Source: Patescibacteria group bacterium
Lineage (GTDB): Bacteria; Patescibacteriota; Patescibacteriia; 2-01-FULL-39-33
Reading direction: 5' to 3'
Assembly: GCA_041671305.1 (NCBI GenBank)
Contig: JBAZBX010000002.1
Coordinates: forward strand, 5,193-69,192
DNA length: 64,000 bases
Under the pieces are notes generated by a model. It was not told the DNA's origin. It saw only the letters and a program-made list of their open reading frames with translations, and made no database searches. A program made the position numbers and the translations under genes. This document shows, piece after piece, positions 16,691-29,100 of this stretch. Each line of letters starts with the position of its first letter. The stretch's first letter is position 1.

Positions 16691-19600
16691 TTAGGCTTGT
16701 TTAGGTTTAAAATTTTCCCACACCTCCGGATTATCCTGAAGCGCCTTCAGCATAATTTGTATCATTTTGAGATAAGCACTATCACCAGCGTCAACATAAC
16801 CATACATGCCCTTTTTAATCTTAAATTCTTTCATGATCTTTTCTCTAATTACCTCTAATTCCGCATCACTCAACTCATCTGCTTTTTTGCCATTACTGCC
16901 AGAACCAATGGCATTCCAAAGCAAATTAGTGGCTGCTTCATTACTTTTGTGTTTAGCCGCATTTCTGCGATAATTATATAATTTTGCTCCATTGGATTTA
17001 AGAGTAAAAGATTGAACTAATTTCAACGCACTGGCCATGGAACCCTTATTGTCACCCTCAGCCGGCGGAGGACCCATTTGTATGTTACCAAAATCAGATA
17101 CTGACAAACCGCCGATAAAAGAACCAACCATTTTATCTTCAAGAATTTTCATATCGGCATCATAATTAGTCCGGGCATAAAAATCTCCAGCCGTCTCCGC
17201 TAGTTTTTTCCTTTCCGCTAATTGTTCAGCCATGGCAATTAAATCAACCTTAGTACTACCTGTACTGACATGTTCTCCGCCCAAGCCAAAATTATCAGTT
17301 AAACGTTTATATTCCGCATCATAATTAGCCAACGCGTTTCCATTCTTATCGAACTCTTCCATAGAAGGCATAATGCCGTTATGAGCTGCGGCATACTCTT
17401 TCCTATGCTCATCTAATCTTTGCGCCCGATTCATGGTTGCGTCCACGAAAGCTTTCTTTGACAAAACTTTCTGATCTTCTATGGAACCCCTAATCGTCTT
17501 CATGGTGGATGCGCCACAAACATCACTTACATTTTCATAAATATCAGCCATGCCTTTCTGTATAGCCGCCCTCAATTCACCAGCCTCAGTGCCTTTTCCA
17601 GCTTTCTCTAATTGCTTAACCTCAGAAATACGCTCCTTAATACGACTAGAAATTTCACTTGCATTCTGAGTAACCAAATCCGCCAAAATATCCCTGCTTT
17701 CTTCGTTCATTGGCTTGTCACTGGAAGAATCATAAACAAGATGACTAAGTTGCTCTGTGCCAACAAGTCTATTTTTTAATAAAGCATTTCCAATAGTCAA
17801 AGTATTATCTTTATCTACTAAACCACTTTCCGAATCAACGGTCAATAAACTTCTAAGTTGTCCGAAGTCTAATTGTTTTCTAATTATTTCTTTGATTCCC
17901 TCATCTTGGAATTGCGCGAGGGTATTGGCAAGCGCTTTAGGATCAGCATCATGGAACCCATACATATATCTAATGAAAGAATTGATATCGGCTTTTTTTC
18001 CATTCTTCTTATATTCCTGCTCATCCGGTTCCAGCATAAAAGTATCAAATAGTTTTTGTAAACGACCATGTTCCTTCTCTCCTCCAGTATCAATCTTTCT
18101 AACAGCCTTATCTATATCATAGGTTCCAGACATAACTCCTTCCCGTAAATCCTTTTTACTGGTAGTATCCAAAGCTCTAGCCTGATGTCTAAAATATTTA
18201 TCCTTTAGATCACCAATTATTTTAGAATTGGCGCCGTTTAAATTAGTTTTTGTAAACAACTCTCCGAATACTTGGTTGGCTCTATTTTCTAAATTTTTAT
18301 CTAATGTAGGATTGGCAATAACCCTTCTGATGAGCTCTGGAGCAACTGCCATCTGCTGATCTATATTCCCCTTTTCAGCCATAGCAACGAGTTCTTCAGC
18401 GGTCATATCTTCTATTCTCTTTCTATTCACCAAAGCAGCATTACGCGCGGTTTCTTCATTTCGCTTTGTTCTAGCGCTCTTCATATTGGCAGTCATACGA
18501 GCAAAAGGCCTAGACAATAATGTACGCGCCAAAGGCACTTTATTAGCAAGCTTAAAACCAGTTCTAGCCAATCCTTCTCCTATTAATAATCTATCATTAA
18601 TTCCAGTAGCAATAGCTCCGCCCACGGCTCCAACGCCCCGTCCTATGCCTTTCGTCGCTCTCCAAGGCATGGCCTGGGCTCCCTTTCTGGCCTTATTTAA
18701 AAAACTCAAACTGCTTCCTGCCCAGGAAGCGCCGACAGCGCCGGTTTTTTGTCCCATCACCAGTGAAGCTACCAACATGCCAATAACCAAAGCAAAATTG
18801 ATTATACCCTCAGTGGACATTGCATTGGATAATACTATCATTTGTTTTGTGGATGATGTATTATCCACTATCTTATTACTAGCCCCTAATCCATTTATTA
18901 CATTTGCATCCTGATTTTTAGTAGTATTTCCACTAAATCCCATAATTACAAAGGAAATCCAAAGGAAAAATAGCATAATAGGCCCGACAATCAAATTTTT
19001 GCTCATCTCTGTCCACCATTGGCTGGCATACTGCTCGCCCTTTTTGAAAGTGGTAAGAAGGAAGGGCAAAGGAGAAAGCACGGTAAGAAACAAAAGCACC
19101 ACAATTCTATATATCAGTATGGCAATAATGGCCACCAGAACAGCAGCGGCCACCACACTAGCGATAAGCGCATAAACTAGAGCGGTAATAACATTTCCAA
19201 AACCTATTTCCTGACCTTCTACAGAAGTGTTAGCGGCACCATAATCCATATAACTACCCTTATCGCCGCCCATAAGATTATACATATCCGGAATACCCAG
19301 AGCAGAAAGAATAATATTGCCACCAGTAATTCCTTGGAGAGGCGCGGCGAAAGCCAGCATCAAAACTTGCGAAACATCAATCATCAAACCGCAAAACATC
19401 TTAGAAAAGTTGATCAATATGGCCATCACCAGTAATTTGGGCAATAATTCCTTTATTTGCCACTGCGGAATCTTGATAATGGTACCAATAGCAATAGCGA
19501 TAAGGATGACGATAAAAAAGTTATTGCACAGATCCCTGATCACCTTCCAGCCGTTGGTAACCGCATCCAAATGAGTATTTATAGGGTATGACATGACGGA

Positions 19601-20095
19601 AAGCATGGCATAGACCAAAGCAGAAACAATCCAACCGGCTGCTACCGCAATCATATATATCAACCAACCGAGAAGATTACCTACAATAGTGCCAAAACCT
19701 GGGGATGTAGATGTAGTAGACTTCCCGGTTGCCGGATCCGTTGTTACCGTAGTTCCAGTTTTACTATCTTTTTCTATTAAATTTCCAAAAAAATCAGAAC
19801 TATATGTAGTATCGCCTGAATTTGCCGGGCTAGAAAACTGTTTTACCGTTCCATCTTCATAACGATATTGCGTATTAACTGTATTGCCAGTCTTCTCTTG
19901 CCAAACATCCATGGTCTTACCAGAGTCATCTCTGCTGCTTTTTACAATAAGCTTATACTCCGCCTGCACATTGACTAAAGGAGAAAACAAAAATAAAGCC
20001 ACAACAAAAACAACCATGATTATTCTCCATTTTTTCCTCTTCATATTTTCCAACATTTTATTCATATTTTTACCGATAAATATATCAATCCCCAC
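16691..20095 (-). CDS. Large polytopic membrane protein, VirB6/TrbL-like, with an approximately 650-aa hydrophilic C-terminal extension
   Basis: Signal/anchor IIMVVFVVALFLFSPLVNVQA. A secreted Thr-rich segment. At least six predicted TM helices between about aa 140 and 470 (for example AVLVAIIAILIYRIVVLLFLTVL). Then a long charged, coiled-coil-rich domain. It lies next to the VirB4 genes. The family call is tentative. Confidence 0.4.
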   Translation of the reverse strand: MGIDIFIGKNMNKMLENMKRKKWRIIMVVFVVALFLFSPLVNVQAEYKLIVKSSRDDSGKTMDVWQEKTGNTVNTQYRYEDGTVKQFSSPANSGDTTYSSDFFGNLIEKDSKTGTTVTTDPATGKSTTSTSPGFGTIVGNLLGWLIYMIAVAAGWIVSALVYAMLSVMSYPINTHLDAVTNGWKVIRDLCNNFFIVILIAIAIGTIIKIPQWQIKELLPKLLVMAILINFSKMFCGLMIDVSQVLMLAFAAPLQGITGGNIILSALGIPDMYNLMGGDKGSYMDYGAANTSVEGQEIGFGNVITALVYALIASVVAAAVLVAIIAILIYRIVVLLFLTVLSPLPFLLTTFKKGEQYASQWWTEMSKNLIVGPIMLFFLWISFVIMGFSGNTTKNQDANVINGLGASNKIVDNTSSTKQMIVLSNAMSTEGIINFALVIGMLVASLVMGQKTGAVGASWAGSSLSFLNKARKGAQAMPWRATKGIGRGVGAVGGAIATGINDRLLIGEGLARTGFKLANKVPLARTLLSRPFARMTANMKSARTKRNEETARNAALVNRKRIEDMTAEELVAMAEKGNIDQQMAVAPELIRRVIANPTLDKNLENRANQVFGELFTKTNLNGANSKIIGDLKDKYFRHQARALDTTSKKDLREGVMSGTYDIDKAVRKIDTGGEKEHGRLQKLFDTFMLEPDEQEYKKNGKKADINSFIRYMYGFHDADPKALANTLAQFQDEGIKEIIRKQLDFGQLRSLLTVDSESGLVDKDNTLTIGNALLKNRLVGTEQLSHLVYDSSSDKPMNEESRDILADLVTQNASEISSRIKERISEVKQLEKAGKGTEAGELRAAIQKGMADIYENVSDVCGASTMKTIRGSIEDQKVLSKKAFVDATMNRAQRLDEHRKEYAAAHNGIMPSMEEFDKNGNALANYDAEYKRLTDNFGLGGEHVSTGSTKVDLIAMAEQLAERKKLAETAGDFYARTNYDADMKILEDKMVGSFIGGLSVSDFGNIQMGPPPAEGDNKGSMASALKLVQSFTLKSNGAKLYNYRRNAAKHKSNEAATNLLWNAIGSGSNGKKADELSDAELEVIREKIMKEFKIKKGMYGYVDAGDSAYLKMIQIMLKALQDNPEVWENFKPKQA

Positions 20096-20111
20096 TGTCT
20101 TTTAATTTAAT

Positions 20112-23100
20112 TTAATTAAGACTTCCAGTTTCCGTATTCCAAGTTTTGGCGCCTTCATAATTCCAATTATCCTTCACTTTGATAATGATATTACCGGTAC
20201 CAGCAATATCTCCGTAATAATGATACAAAACAAATGGATCTGAAGGATTCGGCCTGGAAAGAAGCGCTGTGCCTGAAAAAGTCGTAGTGGTATCATCTCC
20301 CCAAGAAACACTATAAGCCCGAATTGGCAATTGCTCCGGATCAATTTCCGCCGTAAATTCCAACTTGATCGGACTATTTGACTTGACCTTGCGCAGTTCT
20401 GCAGGATCAGTGGTTGTGGCTAACAAATTAGTAGTAGTGACATGCTTAATTTCCGGATAATTGAAACACATTCTAGCACTTGTAGAGAGTGTCGTGCTTG
20501 CTTCATGAGCCTCTCTTTTGCTAATTCCACCGCAATTTTCCGTTGGCACTGACCAATCCATAGAACTCACCAAACTATAATACCCGCCCTCAATCGGACT
20601 TCCGTCTTTGTTGGCTCTCCACTCCCAAACGCCATAACTCTTGGCAAAAAGTTTTTTCAGCTCGTCCACGTCATGGACTTGCCCCATCCTAGATTGGCCA
20701 ATATCAGTCTTGCTCATGTTTTCTTCATAGAATAACGGCTGGTTGTATGGCACGTCGTCCTTGCTATCCCACTCATTCGGATATTGACCGGTAATTGGAG
20801 CAATAATAGAAGCAAAAGGATTTTGGTCAGTATTATAATTATAACGATTATAATGGTAAATATTGGCGTAGATATAAGTCCCTCCGCTACAGAAATAATT
20901 AGAATTAAGGCTTCCATCGCTATTGCAGACGGAGCTGAAAGAATTATTTAATTTCTCATCTGAGACAGAATTACCGCAACATTTGAGACCCAGGGTATTA
21001 GAATTAGTTAAGCCAACATAATTTCCACAATAATTTCTAGGCGTAGAACCATTTAAACGCAAACAATACATAGAATGATCAAAACATTGATTAGGATTAC
21101 CTACAACATACTCCGATAATCCTCCACCACAACCCGCATCAGTACAACTTGACATATTGCTATTGGAAAAAAGCGACAAACCATCAGCTACTGTTTCAAA
21201 CATATCGCCATACAGAGCATTTACTACACAATCCGTGTCATTGGTTTTGTAACTGGAGCCGGGTGAGGTCCTAGCCGAATAAGCTTTTTGCTGTCCGGAA
21301 GAATCTACCACCTGAACCACCTTATCGCAATAGCCGGCAGTAAATCCGTTGGAACTAATTCCTCCTATAACTCCGCTGGCATACGCTTTGTCTGAAGCAG
21401 CCGTACCGCCGGAGCCAAAAGCATAACCCAGGATATCACCTTGGACATCCGGATGCGGATCACTGGCTTGTCCACTATAATTAGGATCGGTGTCCGTCAC
21501 TATCTTGAAAGCGACATAGCCAATAGCCACCGTCTCATCGTTAATCCATTCTATGAGTCCGGAAACGATACCGCTCATATCCTTCAAAGCGGAAAGTGTA
21601 TGCCAAGGAAGTCCAAAAGCTACAGGAAATTTAGCAATATTGAAGCCGAACATGCCCCATCCACCCCAATAATCGTCCTGAGTCATGGTAAATGGCGACA
21701 TAATAAACTTTCCGATATCTTCCAGGGCTGTTGTTATACTACCCCACAAAGATTTATCCTTTATGATTAAAAATCCACTACTATCGTAATCATTATGACT
21801 AGCTAAATAATTACATGTATTTGCCAATTCAAAATCATTACAACTATCATCTTGCTGACATTCACTTCCGCTGTCGCCAATTCCGCAAAAAGTCCTAGAC
21901 AAAGGCAAACATTCTTCATAATTATTTCCATTAAGATCAAAAATTTTAGGACATTCCTTACTACCCCTTTCACTATTTAGATGAATATCCACAACAGAAG
22001 TATTTTCTCTATAATTTGTCAGGGGATTACATGGTGTGGTTTCACCACTGCTTATGCCACCAGCACAAACTCCACAACTTGAACCACCATTATTAGTACA
22101 ACTTGCCGCCAAGTTTTCAGCGCTATACATGCTTTCTGCTTCGGGAGCGTTGGTGCCAAAATAAAATGGCAACTCTCCGGCAATACCAAAAGATTCATAT
22201 GGCTTCATAAATACAAATAGTGGCATCGGGAAGAAATTTTTCTTGTCAAATCCGACATAGAGTCCGCTATAGAAGAAACGATAGACATTAGGATATCTCA
22301 AAAGAGTTCTCATGGATGCAGGCACATCAGAAAAAGGATAAAATTTGACTTCCTGACCCGTATGAGACTCCACCAAATCCATGACAGAGGCATATTTTCC
22401 TAAGTTTGCCGCATTAGCATTTAGGGTAAAATTAGAAAAATTCATTTTTTTCTCCGCTTTGGATACGCAATAATACAAAGGCATTCTTTCTTGATAATAC
22501 GGTGAATAGTCATTGACTGATTCTCCGGCAATATTATCTACCGGCCACCATTGCAGACATTGCTGACTGTTGATAGCTGGATCTTTGAGGATGCAATATC
22601 CGTATTGGCCATAATATTGGGTGTTGTCTTTGTTGTACCTACAACCAGGAGCATCGGCTTCGGGATAGACACGACAAGTTCTGGCTATCTGACTAACTTC
22701 GGTGCCATCAGTATCCAAGATAGTGTTGACGCCAATATTATCCCACATTGTATATCCGCCTAACTTTGTATTATCAAATCCTTTCTCAAGAGACGGAGCC
22801 AAACTGAACAAGGCAATTTTCATGCTGGTAGCTCCGCTAGGCGGAGTTACCCTATAAACTACATGTTTCCATGGAGTACCTTGATTGATTTTCAAAGTGT
22901 CAGCTGATTCCCATTTAGGACCAAATAATTGTGGCCCAGAATTAATGGTAATAATGTTATATGAGCCATTGGAATTTCTCTCTAGTGCGTTGCCCTCTCC
23001 GTTCAAAAATAGATAACGAACTTCCGCGTATGGCAAATTAGTGCCGTCTCCGGAACCCGCGATGTTGGTAGTATTGACCCAGAAAGAAAGATAATATGGC

Positions 23101-26100
23101 GTGTCATCTTCAACTCCGATATTTTCTGATATGACTATATTGCCGGAATTAAGTTGCAGATAAGAACCTCCGCTTTCCGCTTTCTGAGGATCAGAAACCA
23201 CCTTGAACAAACTAGAATTCCAAGTAATACTATTCATTTTGGGCTTAACTGATTGACAAGCCTTGGCGGGAGTGGAAGAACAAGCCAAACTGCCGGGAAC
23301 CCAGCCGATAGGATCACTGGATTCTCCAAATGTCATCTCAAAATCACCATTGACTACTTCAGAAGTTCCGCCAAGTTGATTCATAGCATCATACGGATAG
23401 TTGATAGTACCGCTAACCTTACTGTCAACCTCAGAAACCAGAGGATTAGTCATGACGTAGCCGGTTTTATTTTTATCTATCTCTGGTGAATAAGTCGCGA
23501 CAGTACTGGAACTATTTACTTGCCTATTGCAAGAACCGTCATCAGCAAAAGATTGACACATGCTAATATCCAAGCATTTATCATTTTCTGTAAAATTAAA
23601 CTGGGAATCATTTTTGGATTTCTGATAAGTATTGCAAGTCAGCCAATTACTGCAAGTCCTGTCGGCACCGGCTGAAACTATCATATTGGCATTGTTGGTT
23701 TGAATTCCAGCAATCGGCGAAACCCCTCCTCCCGCGACTGACGAAGTGAGATCCGCGTTATAAGTGAGCTGGGAATCAAAAATTAAATTCTTCCAAAATC
23801 TATCTCCCGTAGAGGTGGCCGAATAATCAATCTGTCCCCTATCATTTACCAGAACGCAACCAGTTCGGAAATTAACCTGGCCGTTGCAGGATCCGGAATT
23901 GACTGAACTGCTTAGTTTATAATAAACTCCGGCCAAAGTGACCTGAGAAGTTGAGCTACTGACACCAACAGCACAATCCTTGTTTTCTGCCGAGGAAACA
24001 TAGAAAAGTCTAGAATCAATTTTTGAAGATTGTTGGAAAGGATCTATTATCAAAGTCGCTCCACTACAGGAAGACAATAAACTGATGGCCGAGTCTGAAT
24101 TATACAAAGTATTCGTCTTGATGGAGACGGTATTATCGGATTTTATTTTTAATTTGGTATAGACATTTGTCAACGGATCAACATATTCGTTGCATCCGCT
24201 CTGAGCGCCCTGGCAAATTCCCGCCCATCCCTGATAATCAGTTCTTTCTACTCCAGTGACATTATCAACTATGCCTATTGGTTGGATTTTGGAAGACTGA
24301 TTCTCATAACCAGTGCCAAAGGTTTGATTGGCGGTAGTAATACATGGAATACTAGTACCCTGCTGAACCCAAGAACCGGTTGAGCCTGCTCCTTTGACAT
24401 ATTCACATACTTTGCCATGAGGATCTTTAAAATAAGAAAATGAATTCTGACCCGCATATTCCTCACACCATAATTCATTAAATTTACAAATATCCGTTTT
24501 ATATCGCTCTGGAAGATTTTTCAGATAAGCCGTGCTATAACCAGTAACCTCGTCATATTTATTGATTATTGGCAGGCCGTAAGACGTGCATCCCATTTCC
24601 TTGCTGGAACAAGAATATTTAGAATCCGCCACCAGATAAACGGTATTGTAAGCGGGAACAGATATAGATGAAGTAGCCGGATCAGAATTAAAAATCTCAC
24701 CTCCCGGATAATCATAATTATGGGTATCCACTAATTTCTCACAACCCGCCGCTTCCGCGCGACAAAGCTTAGCAAATGATTTGAGATAAGCAACGTTGCC
24801 AAGCCTATCCTTGTATGCGGAACAGCCAAGCATATTGCCGGGAACACAGCGATGATTATCTACTCCTGCAGTCGTATCAGCGCAAGTCTGAGTAGCCGTA
24901 GGATTATTGTATAATGTCTGTCCATTGCCATCGCCTAAATTATTATCGCAAGAAAAAGGCGTGTACCATGAATTTTCTACCAAATAAACACTATTTTGCA
25001 CCTCTTTCAAAATAATATTATTGAGATAAATATTTACTCCCTGAGGAATATTGAATTCCAAATACTGTTCAGCTGAGGAATCCAAGTTCCAATGGACAAA
25101 AACCGGTCCCAAATCGTATTTTCTCCATTCAGAGCTTACCTGCGCGCGTGACAGGCTAAGATTAGAATTATCCACCTTGGCCATGGCAAAAAAGTCATTC
25201 ACCGAGCCAGCCGAACCGAACTTGATAGAATTAAAAGCAAATGAGACATTGCCTTTCGCCCAGAAAGACAAAACGTATGTTTTATTTTGAGAAATATTTA
25301 CCAAGTGTTTCAGGGTGGAAGTAGAAGCGGTATTTGGATTGGTCAAAGAATGACCGCCGACAAAAGTGGAAACATTACTTAGCGTGGCTGTGGCATTGGA
25401 ATTAACGCCTTGATCATAGAGCCAGAGAGCCGAAGAAGTTGTAAGATCAAAATTACTATTGAGAATATTACGCACATTGTTGCCGGTATTGCCGGTATAA
25501 GCGCGGCAACCTTTCATTTCGGCCGAGCACGTCTTCCCTTCTCCAGGAATCGCCATATAAATACATTCATTATTGCCATTCCAGAAACCATTATGAGAAA
25601 CACAATCCTTGGCAGAATCAATATTATTGGTTTGAGTCAAAGTTCTTCTGTACGGATGGCAATTATCGGAAATGGTAATTGTCTGAGAAAGCAGACGATA
25701 TGACTTAGCGCCGGTCGCATCATAAAATTCCCGACAATCCGGATTTACGGCCATATCTTCTTGTGCGCAATAACCGTCATCAAGAGATTCATCGGTATTG
25801 TCCACACAAAGAGGCTGACCCACACTGCCCGTAGAAGTAGAGTAAGCTAAATCCGTGCAAGGCTTGTTGGAAGCTAAAATATTTGATTTTTTTAATTTGT
25901 ATACTTTTAATTGATAGCCGGCCGTGTCATCGCCTTCCCAAGTGTAGTAAGTGCCATCATTAATCCCCGGTTTTTCACAAACCTGGAAATTAACATAATA
26001 TTCCCTATTTTCCGCTCCTTTGGATAAATCATCCAAATTTGTAAATTCATCGCATCCGGCCAAATCCGCAGAACAATATTTAGGCACACTGTCGGCGATG

Positions 26101-29100
26101 AATTGATTGTATTTAGAAGAGGTAAAATCCGTTTCTTCCTGCTTGTAGACTTGATAACCCACGCACTCACCGGGACAGACATCCAAAGTTTCTGCTACGC
26201 CAGGAACAGCCGGATCCCCGTTGGTAGGAGTATATAATTCACAATCCACTTCGTCTGCCGTACAAACTGGCGCGTATTTAGAGCAAAGTGTGTTTCTATT
26301 CTGCAATACGGAATTAATATTGGTATAATCCGCCCAAGCACCGGTGGTTGAACTCTTGTAGCAATTATAATAATCCGGGGCTTTTTTGAGATAAGCCAAC
26401 TGGCTTGACGGCCTATACGACGGATTGTATTCTGAATAATCGCTTGGAGTTTCAATATTATAAGTCACTTCCTCCAATTGAATATCATCAAAATAAATAT
26501 TGCCTCCCGCATAGTTACTGCCAAGTTTCAAATCAAAATTATAATCTGAACTCATGAAAGCATCCTGGCCTACAGTAAATGACTTGCTCAGCCTCTGCCA
26601 AGAATTAGTTATATTGGCATTGGCACTAGCAGAAACGATAGAATTTTCTCCCTGATATAATCCAATTGAGGAATTGGCAGTTGAAGGCAAATAAACCCAT
26701 CCAGAGAGAATGTATTTCTTTCCTTTTTCAAGAATGGCATTATGACTAGCCTGAGTTAATTTTTCAGCACAACTACCACTACTTGTGCATTGCAATCCCA
26801 AAGAATGCGTTCCGCTATGGATAAAGGTACTAGCCACGGCGCCAGTTCCGGCATCAGAGGCCCATCCCCCATCCAGAGAGAATTCAAATCCGCCGTTATA
26901 AAACAAGTTGCTTCCCAATCCTGCTTTCGTCCTGATAAATTGAGAACAACCATCATTACTGCCATCGCAAGTCTGGACGTTTCTATTAAAATAAATATCG
27001 GCTGAAGTATTTGACACCGCTGGCATATTCAAAGAAACTGAATTTTGCTTACAATCTTCAATTTGTTTTTTGAATTCAAAATTATCAAAATAAGCTTTGG
27101 CCGTAGTGCCTGCCTTGGTAATAATCTTAATAGTGGCCGTGGCATAATTGTCAGCATCAAAATACATATAATAATCATTCCATCCAGCACCAATGCTGGT
27201 AAGCGGAAGATTAATCGCTAATTGATTATCCCGATAAATTTGAACATCTACCTCTCCAGCGCTGAAATAATCAGCCCTGGCAGAAAATTTAAATTGATAA
27301 GTAGATGTGGCGTCCACTTGAATATCTTTCAAGGTTATAATTTCACTGTTGGGAGCTGCCGTTTGCGGAGCGTTGTTGGCGGTTACCACCAAAACAGCAG
27401 AATTATCCTTGCCCTTATTTGAATCCCAATAATCCCTGGTATATGCATCCATGGAAGATAATTCTTCTAACCAAAACTGGGGCAAGAAAGAATTGGTGGC
27501 CTTCTGATTGAAATTTTGATTTAAGCTGGACAAAACATCAGCCGTTTCCAAGCAATTTTCCAAATTACAGCTTGAAGCGCCATAGGGAATGGTGCAACTT
27601 CCCTCAAAAGAACAGGTTTTGGTGGAAGAATTATAAGTACAATGATTATCTCCGGTACAAGACGTAGGAGAACAGGCAGAAGCCATGGTTACGATATTTG
27701 CGGTGCTACTGAGGTCGCTAACCAGATGCGACTCAGAAATATTTAAATTTGGGGTAGCAGTACATCCGCTGGGATCATTACAAATTCCGGCAACTAAATC
27801 AGGAGCTAAACTTCTCCATATTTTGGAAATCGGATCAAATAAATTACTATACCACCTGCAACCGGCATTTTGTGAATTACAATCTCTATAATCCAAAGAG
27901 TTGGAGAGGTAAGACTGCGCCGAACCCTGACGACTCTTGAAAGTCTGACAGGTATTATTTCTGGAATCGCACGTTGTGCCGAAATTCCAAAATCTTCTTT
28001 CTTCTGTGCAATACCCATAGGAAGAGCAGGAGCCATCGGCATTTTCCTTGATGCATTGCTGTTCATCCGCGCAATACTGATCCCTATTCATGGTTCCCTC
28101 TTGAGAATTCTGAAAGGTATTATGATCGCCGTATCCCTGTCTTCTGCAATAAACTTCCGGCGCCTTAAATACCCAATAAGGATCAACTAGGCCGTAAAAT
28201 TTGCTTCCAGACTTATCAAATTGATCCATAATATCGCCCAAGGTTATATTTTCCTTGCTGTCCTTGAGATAATTGGCGGCTATTTCCCAGCCTATTGGCA
28301 CAATCCTGTATTTTCTCAAAATAAGAATGGTTCTATAGGTAATGGCGGTGGTATAATTTTGCGAGTTAGCATTATTGGGCACAAATAACCTGTTTTTGAA
28401 ATCATCGCCGACCTGCCATACTTGTTTTTTGTCTTTGATGTATGAAGAAAAAGCCTGGTCAATTACGCAGTCAGTCGGCCCTGGATTATTTTTGGCATCA
28501 TCCGGACAAGTCATCAGCTTGCTCAAAATGTCATAAGGACCGCCAATGGCATATTCGCTTTGTTTTAATTTATTGAATCTGGCCTCGGCTCCGGCCGCAC
28601 CCTCAGAATATGGCTGAGCGTCTGGGTTTAAAAGACTGGAAAGATCAGGCAAAGGCAATCCGGATAAAAAGCTATTGTTGTTATTGCCTGACGATCCGCT
28701 AGTAAACAATCCTGACTTGAAATTATTAAGCAATTGTCCAACCAAAGTTTGAGCAAAGGTATTAACAAAATCAACTATAGTTCCGGTAAAAACTTCTTCC
28801 GCCAAAGTGGACTTTTCGGTGACGGCCGGAAGCATATCCTTCACCACATCGCCAGGCGTCAAAACTTTATTGGCAAAATCAGTAACACTCTTCCAACCGG
28901 TCGGATCCACCACTTTTTCTCCCACTTTGATCTTATCGGCGACATAAGCGATTGATTCGCCACTGAGCTTCAAATAAACAGAAATGTCATTCTCCCCTTC
29001 ATTCAAAGAATTATTGTACTCAAAAGCAAAATTCGGATTGGTAATGGCGGTGTTCCAATTGGTCATCATCTTGGAAAAAGTACAACGCACCTGCCTAGGC